A DNA stretch of 32,000 nucleotides from Deferrisoma camini S3R1 (lineage in GTDB: Bacteria; Desulfobacterota; Deferrisomatia; Deferrisomatales; Deferrisomataceae), in the NCBI RefSeq assembly GCF_000526155.1, contig NZ_JAFN01000001.1, positions 1,605,014 to 1,637,013 on the forward strand. The letters are read 5' to 3'. A model generated the notes under the pieces. The model ran no database searches. It was not told where the DNA came from and saw only the letters and a list, made by a program, of their open reading frames with translations. Below, one piece after another: positions 8,506-15,393 of the stretch. The translations under genes were made by a program, and so were the position numbers. The stretch's first letter is position 1. Every line of letters begins with the position of its first letter.

Positions 8506-8599
8506 ACGGGTGACGGGTGACGGGTGACGGGTGACGGGTGACGACCTGCGACCTGCGACCTGCGACCTGCGACCTGCGACCTGCGACCTGCGACCTGCG
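8506..8599. repeat. Two abutting heptamer tandem arrays: 5 x ACGGGTG (8506-8540) and 8 x ACCTGCG (8544-8599)
   Basis: Perfect copies counted directly from the sequence. They lie between the LysR start codon and the candidate LysR box, inside the divergent promoter region. Confidence 0.95.
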
Positions 8600-8608
8600 A
8601 CCAACAGC

Positions 8609-8623
8609 ATAACTCCACCTTAT
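8609..8623. promoter_or_regulatory. Candidate LysR-type (T-N11-A) operator ATAAC-TCCAC-CTTAT
   Basis: ATAA-N7-TTAT dyad containing a T-N11-A core. It is positioned between the divergent LysR gene (start 8498) and the first UbiD-type gene (8713). Confidence 0.3.
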
Positions 8624-8712
8624 ACATCAGCGCAAAACATATGATTGGACCCCGCCTCCACCGGGCGCTAGAGTCGCAACCCATCAAACGATTTTTTGCG
8701 AAGGAGGGAGAC

Positions 8713-10128
8713 ATGGACCTCAGGGACTTCATCGCCCGCTGCGAGGAAGAGGGGCAGCTCAAGCGGATCGGCGCCGAGGTGGACTGGGACCTGGAGCTCA
8801 GCCACGTGGCCAAGCTCGTGGAAGAACAGGAGGGGCCGGCCCTCCTGTTCGAGAACGTCAAGGATTACGACAGCCCCGTGTTCACGGGTGCGTTCGCCAC
8901 CACCCAGCGGCTGGCCCTGGCCCTGGACAAACCCACCCATCTGAGCCTGTGCGAGCTCACCCGCGAGTGGATGAAGCTCGCGGTGGACAAGATCATCCCG
9001 GCCCAGGAGGTGGAGTCGGGACCGGTGTTTGAAAACGAGTACAGCGGCGACGACGTGGACATCTTCCGGTTCCCCTCGCCCCGGTTCTTCGAGAAGGACG
9101 GCGGCCGCTACATCGGCACGGCCGTGTTCCTGGTGACCCGCGACCCCGAGACCGGCGGGATCAACCTGGGCACCTACCGCATGCAGGCCCAGGAGAAGAA
9201 CCGCATCGGGGTCCAGATCCTCAAGGGCAAGCGGGGCGACCGCATCCTGAAGAAGTACAAGAAGGCCGGGCAGAAGATGCCCGCCTGCGTGGTGATCGGG
9301 TGCGATCCCCTGCTCATGCTCGCGGGAAGCGCCATGGTGGCCAAGGCCAGCGAGTACGACGTGGTGGGGTCGCTCCGGGGCGAGCCGGTCACGGTCACCC
9401 AGGGCAAGGTCACCGGCCTTCCGATCCCGGCCGACGCGGAGATCGTGCTCGAGGGCTGGATCGACCCCGACGATCTGCGGCCCGAGGGGCCCTTCGGCGA
9501 GTACACCGGGTACTACACCGACGAGCTGTTCCACCCCATTCCCAAGCCCTCCATGGTGGTCGAACGCGTGTACCACCGGAACAAGCCGATCCTGTGGGCC
9601 ACGTCGGTGGGCCGCCCGGTCACCGACAACCATTGGATGCTGGCGTTCGTGCGCGGGGCCACCCTGTGGACCGAGCTGGAGAAGATGCGGATCCCCGGGA
9701 TCGAGTCGGTGTACCTGCCGCCCGAGGCCTGCGGCCGGTTCTGGGCCATCGTGAGCGTGCGCCAGATGTACCCCGGCCACGCCAGCCAGGTGGCGGCCGC
9801 GGTGGTGGCCAGCAACACCTGCACCTACGGCACGAAGGGGGTGATCGTGGTGGACCACGACGTGCGCGCCGACGACCTGCCCCGGGTCTGGTGGGCCCTG
9901 GCCACCCGTTTCGACCCGGCCCGGGACACCCAGATCATCCAGCGCGGCCGCTCCACGCCCTTGGACCCGGCCCTGGACCCCGACTCCAACAAGCTCATCA
10001 CCTCCCGCATCCTGCTGGACGCCACCGTTCCGTTCGAGTGGGAGCAGAAGCCGGTGGAGGTGGCCCTGGTGCCCGAGGTGGTGGAGCGGATCAAGAAACG
10101 CTGGAAGGAGCTGGGGCTGGACGACTGA
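8713..10128 (+). CDS. UbiD-family (prFMN-dependent) carboxylase, phenylphosphate carboxylase alpha/beta-type subunit (471 aa)
   Basis: ORF 8641..10128 trimmed to the ATG at 8713, preceded by AAGGAGGGAG. Contains MDLRDFIARCEEEGQLKRIGAEVDWDLELSHV, GGINLGTYRMQ and the active-site loop EGPFGEYTGYYTD, all typical of UbiD. The ~53 kDa size fits PpcA/PpcB. Confidence 0.85.
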   Translation: MDLRDFIARCEEEGQLKRIGAEVDWDLELSHVAKLVEEQEGPALLFENVKDYDSPVFTGAFATTQRLALALDKPTHLSLCELTREWMKLAVDKIIPAQEVESGPVFENEYSGDDVDIFRFPSPRFFEKDGGRYIGTAVFLVTRDPETGGINLGTYRMQAQEKNRIGVQILKGKRGDRILKKYKKAGQKMPACVVIGCDPLLMLAGSAMVAKASEYDVVGSLRGEPVTVTQGKVTGLPIPADAEIVLEGWIDPDDLRPEGPFGEYTGYYTDELFHPIPKPSMVVERVYHRNKPILWATSVGRPVTDNHWMLAFVRGATLWTELEKMRIPGIESVYLPPEACGRFWAIVSVRQMYPGHASQVAAAVVASNTCTYGTKGVIVVDHDVRADDLPRVWWALATRFDPARDTQIIQRGRSTPLDPALDPDSNKLITSRILLDATVPFEWEQKPVEVALVPEVVERIKKRWKELGLDD

Positions 10129-10467
10129 GAGAACTTCCTGAGAAGCCCCTCCAGGCCCCCTGCGGGGCCCGGTACGAGGAAAGGTAACGCTTGGTGGTCC
10201 TGGGGCCATCGGCGGCGGGGCATGGGTTTCAGGGGACAGGAGCCAGAAGAGGGGCAAAGACACTGGGGCCAAAGCGGCGTCGTGGGACCACGCCCTGCCC
10301 ACTGACGTCTGTCCTCTGACTCCTGATCCCCATGCCCCCGGACTGTGAGGTGGAGGCGAGGAGGCATGGGGATGCCTAGAAGGCGCGGGAATCCGAGAGG
10401 TTTTCAGACCTCCCAACGTCCCAGCCTCCCAGCGTCCTAGCGGAAGTTACATGAAAGGAGGCATTCC
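10129..10467 (+). repeat. Mosaic intercistronic element, copy 1
   Basis: Modules in order: GGCCCCCTGCGGGGCC hairpin (10154-10169); a diverged leader-like segment; GGACTGTGAGGTGGAGGCGAGGAGG box (10340-10364); CCTCCCAR octamers (10409-10440); GGAAGTTAC (10442-10450); AAGGAGG SD; ATG at 10468. Modules are shared with 11011-11230 and 30389-30640. Confidence 0.8.
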
Positions 10468-11010
10468 ATGGCCTACGACATGATGGATGCGATCGAGCGG
10501 GCCAAGCGCGTGAAACTGGTGGTCCTGGACGTCCACGGCGTGCTCACGAACGGCATGGTCCTGTTCAACGAGGACGGCGTGAAGTTCCAGGTGTTCCACC
10601 ACGACGACGGGTTCGGGGCCAACGTGCTGATGATGTCGGGCATCGAGGTGGCGCTGCTCACCCGCAAGTCCAAGATCGTGTTCGCCCGGGCCCAGGAGGT
10701 GGGCATCAAGCGGGTGTACGCGGCCAAGGAGAAGTGGGCCAAGATGGAGGAGATCATGGCCGAGATCGGCATCGGCCCCGACGAGGTGTGCTACGTGGGC
10801 GACGAGGTCATCGACCTGGGCGCCATGCGCCGGGTGGGATTCGCGGTGTGCCCGGCCAACGGGGTCCCCGAGGTCCGGGACGCGGCCCATCTCATCACCC
10901 ACAGGGCCGGCGGCGAGGGCATGCTGCGGGAGCTGGCCGAGTTCATCCTCAGGGCCCAGGGCCGATGGGGCGCCCTGGTGGAGAAGATCGCGAACATGGG
11001 CTGGGGCTGA
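10468..11010 (+). CDS. ppcD: KdsC-like HAD phosphatase, phenylphosphate carboxylase delta-subunit candidate (180 aa)
   Basis: Collinear with E. coli KdsC as I remember it (KLVVLDVHGVLTNG, DGFG, GDEVIDLGAMRRVGFAVCPANG, GGEGMLRE). Its size and its position between two UbiD-type subunits fit the 18-kDa phosphatase-family subunit of the Thauera enzyme. Motif I is DVHG instead of DVDG. Confidence 0.75.
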   Translation: MAYDMMDAIERAKRVKLVVLDVHGVLTNGMVLFNEDGVKFQVFHHDDGFGANVLMMSGIEVALLTRKSKIVFARAQEVGIKRVYAAKEKWAKMEEIMAEIGIGPDEVCYVGDEVIDLGAMRRVGFAVCPANGVPEVRDAAHLITHRAGGEGMLRELAEFILRAQGRWGALVEKIANMGWG

Positions 11011-11230
11011 GGCCTCAGAGCCCCGGCTCCACGACGAAAGCTCCATCAGGCCCCTGCGGGGCCGTCTAGAGACTAGAAACTAGAAACTAGACCATGCTTT
11101 CCGGACCGTGAGGTGGAGACAAGGAGGCGTGATGATTTCTAGAACGCATGGGAATCCGGCAGGATTCCAAGCCTTCTAGCCTCCTGGCATTCCAGCCTTC
11201 TAGCGGAAGTTACATGAAAGGGAGATCCCC
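11011..11230 (+). repeat. Mosaic intercistronic element, copy 2
   Basis: Modules in order: GGCCCCTGCGGGGCC hairpin (11049-11063); CTAGAAACTAGAAACTAGA tandem; GGACCGTGAGGTGGAGACAAGGAGG box (11103-11127); CTTCTAGC/CCTCCTGG/ATTCCAGC octamers (11165-11204); GGAAGTTAC (11205-11213); AAGGGAG SD; ATG at 11231. Confidence 0.8.
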
Positions 11231-12679
11231 ATGGCGTACCGCTACTACAAGGACAACCGCGAGTTCATCGAGGCCCTGCGGGCCACCGGAGACCTGGTCA
11301 CGGTGGAGCCCGAGGTGGACTGGGACCTGGAGCTCGGGGCCATCGTCCGGCGGGTGTGCGAGCTCCAAGGCCCGTCGCCCCACTTCAAGAAGATCAAAGA
11401 CTACCCCGGCTTCGAGGCCCTGGGCGCGCCCTTGGCCACCTACCGGAAGCTGGCGGTGTCCCTGGGGCTTCCGGCCGACACCCCGATCCCGGAGATCGGC
11501 AGGGCCTATGTGGAGCGCACCGAGCGGGGCGAGCCCCTCAAGCCCAGGGTGGTGGACCGCAGCCGGGCCCCGTGCAAGCAGAACGTGTGGACGGGCGACG
11601 ACGCCAACCTGTTCAACCTGCCCGCGCCCATGGTCCACGACGGCGACGGCGGCCGGTACCTGGCCACCTGGCACATGGTGGTGGCCAAGGACCCGGACAC
11701 CGGCGAGGTGAACTGGGGCATGTACCGCCAGATGGTGTTCGACGAGAAGACCATGGTGGGCCCGGTGCTGCCGTTCTCCGACATGGGCAAGATGTTCTTC
11801 AACAAGTACGTGCCCCGAAACCAGCCCATGCCGTTCGCCACGGTGATCGGCATGGACCCGCTATCCGGCGTGGCCGCCTGCGCGCCCTCGCCGATCCCGG
11901 AGGACGAGTTCGCGAGCCTCCTCATGGGCGAGGCGGTGGAGGTGGTGAAGTGCGAGACCTCGGACCTGCTGGTGCCGGCCCACGCCGAGATCATCATCGA
12001 GGGCGAGGTGCTGCCGGGCGTCTGGCTCGAGGAGGCGCCGTTCGGGGAGTACACCGGCTACCGCACCTCGCCCCGGGAGCGGCGCACCGTGTACCGGATC
12101 CGGGCGATCACCTTCCGGGACAACCCGATCCTCACCGTGTCGAACATGGGCGTGCCCACGGACGAGGGCCAGCTCCTACGATCGTTCTCCCTGAGCCTCG
12201 AGATGGAGAAGCTCCTGCGTAGCCAGGGCATCCCGATCACCGGCGTGTACATGTGGCCCGAGTCCACCCACCACATGGTGGTGATCGGCACCCGCCACGC
12301 CTACACGGGCATCGCCCATCAGATCGCCAACCTGGTGTTCGGCAGCAAGCTGGGCCCCTGGTTCCACATGGTGGTGGTGGTGGACGAGAACACCGACATC
12401 TACAACAAGAACCAAGTGATCCACGCCCTGGCCACCCGGTGCCATCCGGTCAACGGCATCCACATCTACGAGAACGACGTGGGAACTCCCTTGAACCCCT
12501 ACGCCACCCCGGCCGAGCGACGCCTGGGCAAGGGCGCCAAGGTGCTGTTCGACTGCCTGTTCCCGCGGGACTGGCAGCCCTCTGACATCCCGATCCTGGT
12601 GGCGTTCGACACGGTCTACCCCCAGGAGGTCCGGGACAAGGTGTTGGCCAACTGGAAGGCATACGGGTTTTCCGAATAA
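11231..12679 (+). CDS. UbiD-family carboxylase, second phenylphosphate carboxylase alpha/beta-type subunit (482 aa)
   Basis: Contains FIEALRATGDLVTVEPEVDWDLELGAIVRR, NWGMYRQM and EAPFGEYTGYRTS. It is a paralog of 8713-10128. Confidence 0.85.
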   Translation: MAYRYYKDNREFIEALRATGDLVTVEPEVDWDLELGAIVRRVCELQGPSPHFKKIKDYPGFEALGAPLATYRKLAVSLGLPADTPIPEIGRAYVERTERGEPLKPRVVDRSRAPCKQNVWTGDDANLFNLPAPMVHDGDGGRYLATWHMVVAKDPDTGEVNWGMYRQMVFDEKTMVGPVLPFSDMGKMFFNKYVPRNQPMPFATVIGMDPLSGVAACAPSPIPEDEFASLLMGEAVEVVKCETSDLLVPAHAEIIIEGEVLPGVWLEEAPFGEYTGYRTSPRERRTVYRIRAITFRDNPILTVSNMGVPTDEGQLLRSFSLSLEMEKLLRSQGIPITGVYMWPESTHHMVVIGTRHAYTGIAHQIANLVFGSKLGPWFHMVVVVDENTDIYNKNQVIHALATRCHPVNGIHIYENDVGTPLNPYATPAERRLGKGAKVLFDCLFPRDWQPSDIPILVAFDTVYPQEVRDKVLANWKAYGFSE

Positions 12680-12767
12680 GCCCCGTGAGGCCCCTGCGGA
12701 GCCCTACAACGGGGAAGGGTAACGTTTGTTGGTCCGAAGCCTTCACGCCGGAGGCATGGGGCCGACG

Positions 12768-12964
12768 GTTCAGGAGACAGATTCCAGCGGACAGAAGACA
12801 GGAAATCCCGAAAAGCAGTTTGGTTTCCCGGGGGGATCCTCTCGACACACCGAAGATCCTTCTCCCTGTCTACTGACTTCTGAATTCTGGCCCCTGATAT
12901 GGCCGAAGGCCCAGACCGACGACCAACGACCAACGACCGAAGTTACCGGTAAGGAGTCCGAACC
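12768..12964 (+). repeat. ~190-bp conserved leader element, copy B (runs up to the start codon at 12965 and contains its SD)
   Basis: See copy A (754-943, inverted). It ends ...CGACCAACGACCAACGACCGAAGTTACCGGTAAGGAGTCCGAACC-ATG. Confidence 0.85.
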
Positions 12965-13219
12965 ATGGCTGAATACGACGCGTTTTTCGAGAACCTGCAG
13001 GAGGTCCCCCAGGACGAGGAGATCCGCCTCGTGATCCGGGACCTCACCCCGGGCCGGACCAAGTACCGGTGCCAGGTGGTCCGGGCCCAGGTGTCGAGTG
13101 AGCCTTCCAAGTACCCGGAAAGGCTGTGGCCCCGCCTGGGCCGGGGGCAGTGGGTGGGCGAGCCCTGGTCGATCCGGGTGGTGGAGGAGGTGGACCCCAT
13201 CCCGGAAGCGTGGCGGTAG
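12965..13219 (+). CDS. Small protein (84 aa, about 10 kDa), candidate phenylphosphate carboxylase gamma subunit
   Basis: TAAGGAG SD and strong GC3 bias. Its size and its position directly after the UbiD-type subunits fit the 10-kDa subunit of the Thauera enzyme. I cannot verify sequence similarity from memory. Confidence 0.5.
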   Translation: MAEYDAFFENLQEVPQDEEIRLVIRDLTPGRTKYRCQVVRAQVSSEPSKYPERLWPRLGRGQWVGEPWSIRVVEEVDPIPEAWR

Positions 13220-13232
13220 GGGAGCACGGATC

Positions 13233-14576
13233 GTGGCGTTCCGCGACCTGACCGGGGTGCTGGAGTTCCTCCGGGCCACCGGCCGCCTGGCGGAGGTGGG
13301 GGGCCCCGTGTCGGTGCGACACGAGGTGGCGGCCCTACTCCACGTGGCGTCCCGGCAGCATCGAGCCGTGCACGTGGGTCGGACCGACCGGGGCCCGCTG
13401 CCGGTGGTGGGGAACGTGCTGTGCCACGACGAGGTCCTGGCCCTCGGCCTGGGCGTGCCCTCGGAGCAGGCCGGCCGCGCGTTCGTGGAACGGTGCACCG
13501 CCGAGGTCCCGCCGCGAACCGGGACCGACGGCCCCGTGCTCGAACGTTCGATCGAGCCGGCAGAGATCGGGGAGTTTCTGCCCGTGCTCACCCACTACGA
13601 GGGCGACTCCGGGGCGTTCCTCACCACGGCCGTTGTCTCGGCCGTGGATCCCCGCACCGGCGCCGTGGCCCGGGGCGTCCACCGCATGGAGCAACGGGGA
13701 CCGGATCGGTTCGGCGTAGCCCTGCTGAACCCGCCCCTGTCCGATGTGTACGCCCAGGCCAGGGCGGCGGGCCGGCCCCTGGCGGCCGCTGTGACCCTGG
13801 GGCACGAGCCGCTCACCTTTCTCGCCGCAGCCCTCAAGGGGCGCGCCGGCGAAGACAAGATGGCCGCGGCCGGCGCCCTGCGGGGGGAGCCCGTGGACCT
13901 GGTGAGCGCCCCCCACACCGGTATCCCGGTGCCGGCCGAGGCCGAGATCCTGCTGGAGGGCGAGATCGACCCCTCGGACGAGCGCCCGGACGGCCCGTTC
14001 GGGGAGATCAGCGGGTACCACGTATCGTTTTCCGCCACGCCCACCTTCGTGGTGAAATCGGCCCGGTGCCGGCAGAGCCCCCTGTACCACGCCCTCCTCC
14101 CCACCGGGTGGGAGGCCGACCGGCTCCTGGGCATGGTGGCCGAAGCGTCGGTGCAGGCCCTGGTCGGTCCGGCGCCGGTCGAGGTCACGGCGGTCCGGGC
14201 CGTCCCGTTCTCGTACGGGGCTTCGGTGGTGGTCCGGCTCGCTCCGGCAACGCCGGACCGGATCCGGGCGTTCCTGGAGATCCTGCTGCGCGAGACCCGG
14301 GTGAAGCAGGTGGTGGCCGTGGCCGAGGACGTGGACGTGGAAGATCCCTGGGACGTGGAGTGGTCCGTAGTGAGCCGCAGCCAGCCCGATCGGGACTGGG
14401 TGATCCTGCCGGGCCTCCGGGGCCAGCCCATCGACCCTTCGGCCCACGAGCACGCGGTCACGGCCAAGGCGGCCGTGGACGCCACCGGGTACCACCGGGT
14501 ACCCGGACGGCGGGCTCGGGTGCCCCAAGGGGCCCTGGAGCGGTGCCGGGCGTTCCTGACGAGGAGAGAGCGATGA
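13233..14576 (+). CDS. Divergent third UbiD-family decarboxylase/carboxylase paralog (447 aa)
   Basis: GTG start at 13233 with a GGGGAG SD 8 nt upstream; the ORF track frame is 13098..14576. Contains LEFLRATGRLAEVGGPVSVRHEVAALL, GVHRMEQ and DGPFGEISGYHVS. It is clearly more diverged than the other two paralogs. Confidence 0.75.
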   Translation: MAFRDLTGVLEFLRATGRLAEVGGPVSVRHEVAALLHVASRQHRAVHVGRTDRGPLPVVGNVLCHDEVLALGLGVPSEQAGRAFVERCTAEVPPRTGTDGPVLERSIEPAEIGEFLPVLTHYEGDSGAFLTTAVVSAVDPRTGAVARGVHRMEQRGPDRFGVALLNPPLSDVYAQARAAGRPLAAAVTLGHEPLTFLAAALKGRAGEDKMAAAGALRGEPVDLVSAPHTGIPVPAEAEILLEGEIDPSDERPDGPFGEISGYHVSFSATPTFVVKSARCRQSPLYHALLPTGWEADRLLGMVAEASVQALVGPAPVEVTAVRAVPFSYGASVVVRLAPATPDRIRAFLEILLRETRVKQVVAVAEDVDVEDPWDVEWSVVSRSQPDRDWVILPGLRGQPIDPSAHEHAVTAKAAVDATGYHRVPGRRARVPQGALERCRAFLTRRER

Positions 14577-15169
14577 GTGCACCCCGCAGAATGGTGGTTG
14601 GCATCTCCGGGGCCACCGGCCCCCAGTACGGCATTCGGCTCCTGCAGGTGCTGGGAGAGCTCGGCGTGGAGACCCATCTGGTCCTCTCCAAGGCCGCCCG
14701 GCGAAACATCCGGCTCGAGAGCGACTGGACCCCGGAGCGGGTGGAGGCCCTAGCATCCAAGGTCTACGACCCCGAGGACGTGGGCGCGGCCATCGCCAGC
14801 GGATCGTTCCTGACCGAGGGAATGGTGGTGGCCCCCTGCTCGGTCAAGACCGCCTCGGCCATCTCCAACTCGTACAACGACAACCTGCTGGTGCGGGCGG
14901 CCGACGTGACCCTGAAGGAGCGCCGGCCCCTGGTCCTGCTGTTCCGGGAGACCCCGCTGCACAAAGGGCACCTGGACATCCTCCGCCGGTGCGCCGACAT
15001 TGGGGCGGTGATTCTGCCGCCCATGGTGGCCTTCTACCACCGCCCCCGGACGGTGGAGGAGATCGTGGACCAGACCGTGGGCAAGGTGCTCGACCAGCTC
15101 CGCATCGAGCACAACCTGTTCCGTCGCTGGAAGGGCAGCGACGTGAAGGTGCTGTCGGCGGGAGGATGA
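14573..15169 (+). CDS. ubiX: Flavin prenyltransferase UbiX (prFMN synthase), 198 aa
   Basis: The ATG overlaps the upstream stop (ATGA). Contains RMVVGISGATGPQYGIRLLQVL, MVVAPCSVKTASAISNSYNDNLLVRAADVTLKERRPLVL and RETPLHKGHL, which are canonical UbiX/Pad1 motifs. Confidence 0.95.
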   Translation: MSAPRRMVVGISGATGPQYGIRLLQVLGELGVETHLVLSKAARRNIRLESDWTPERVEALASKVYDPEDVGAAIASGSFLTEGMVVAPCSVKTASAISNSYNDNLLVRAADVTLKERRPLVLLFRETPLHKGHLDILRRCADIGAVILPPMVAFYHRPRTVEEIVDQTVGKVLDQLRIEHNLFRRWKGSDVKVLSAGG

Positions 15170-15230
15170 GCCCCTTGGGCCTTCGGCCCGCTGGACGGCT
15201 CCCCCGCCGCGCCGAAGCTCAGTGAGGCCT

Positions 15231-15306
15231 GGGGCCTGGTTCCGGCCGTGCGTGAGTGCCGAATGCAGCGACTGCAGGAGCCACGCCCGGCGCTCCACCA
15301 GGCCCC
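15231..15306. repeat. Internally deleted family-A element fragment (inverted relative to copy 2)
   Basis: GGGGCCTGGTTCCGGCCGTGCGTGAGTGC...GCAGCGACTGCAGGAGCCACGCCCGGCGCTCCACCAGGCCCC is the revcomp of 17701-17739 joined to the revcomp of 17542-17583. Confidence 0.7.
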
Positions 15307-15393
15307 AGGCCTCCCCGACTTGTGGCGTCGGCGCAGCGCTCAGAGATCGCGGAGGTTTTTGGCTTTCCAGCTTCCTAGCCTCGGAGAGGACCT

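Noticed and set aside
8506-8599. CRISPR array, considered here and also for the tandem repeats at 2389-2489 and 30341-30388.
   Set aside because: The units are only 7-14 nt and directly abut one another with no unique spacers. No cas genes are in the window.
8641-8712. The upstream ATG at 8641 as the start of the first UbiD-type gene (495-aa form).
   Set aside because: It has no SD, and the extra 24 residues have no counterpart in UbiD proteins. The ATG at 8713 follows AAGGAGGGAG and gives the typical MDLRDFI... N-terminus.
7617-8861. The long form of the LysR ORF (414 aa), with an N-terminal extension encoded by the heptamer repeats (SQVAGRR... / HPSPVTR...).
   Set aside because: LysR-type regulators begin with the wHTH within the first few residues, and MLNFNQLRTFYEAA starts at 8498. 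The 7-nt repeats are not codon-periodic. The extension would also overlap the divergent UbiD-type gene start.
10366-10440. Short upstream ORFs inside the mosaics: 24 codons at 10366-10440 and 15 codons at 11132-11179. They share a GNP.GFQ string and suggested a leader peptide or attenuation mechanism.
   Set aside because: Their length and stop position are not conserved. In the first copy the SD-like box is only 1 nt from the ATG, and in the third copy it is degraded. The shared residues simply follow from DNA similarity.
15323-15338. Additional sigma54 promoter candidates. These are TGGCGT-N5-CAGCG upstream of the ligase, TGGCCC-N5-TTGAAT at 19080-19096 upstream of the GHMP-like gene, and a GG/GC pair near 20525-20540 upstream of the OMP gene.
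   Set aside because: In the first candidate only the GG and GC dinucleotides match. The second has the right spacing but GA in place of the nearly invariant -12 GC. The third is off register by 2 nt. GG-N10-GC occurs by chance often in GC-rich DNA. The 19080 site is the only one that might deserve an experimental look.
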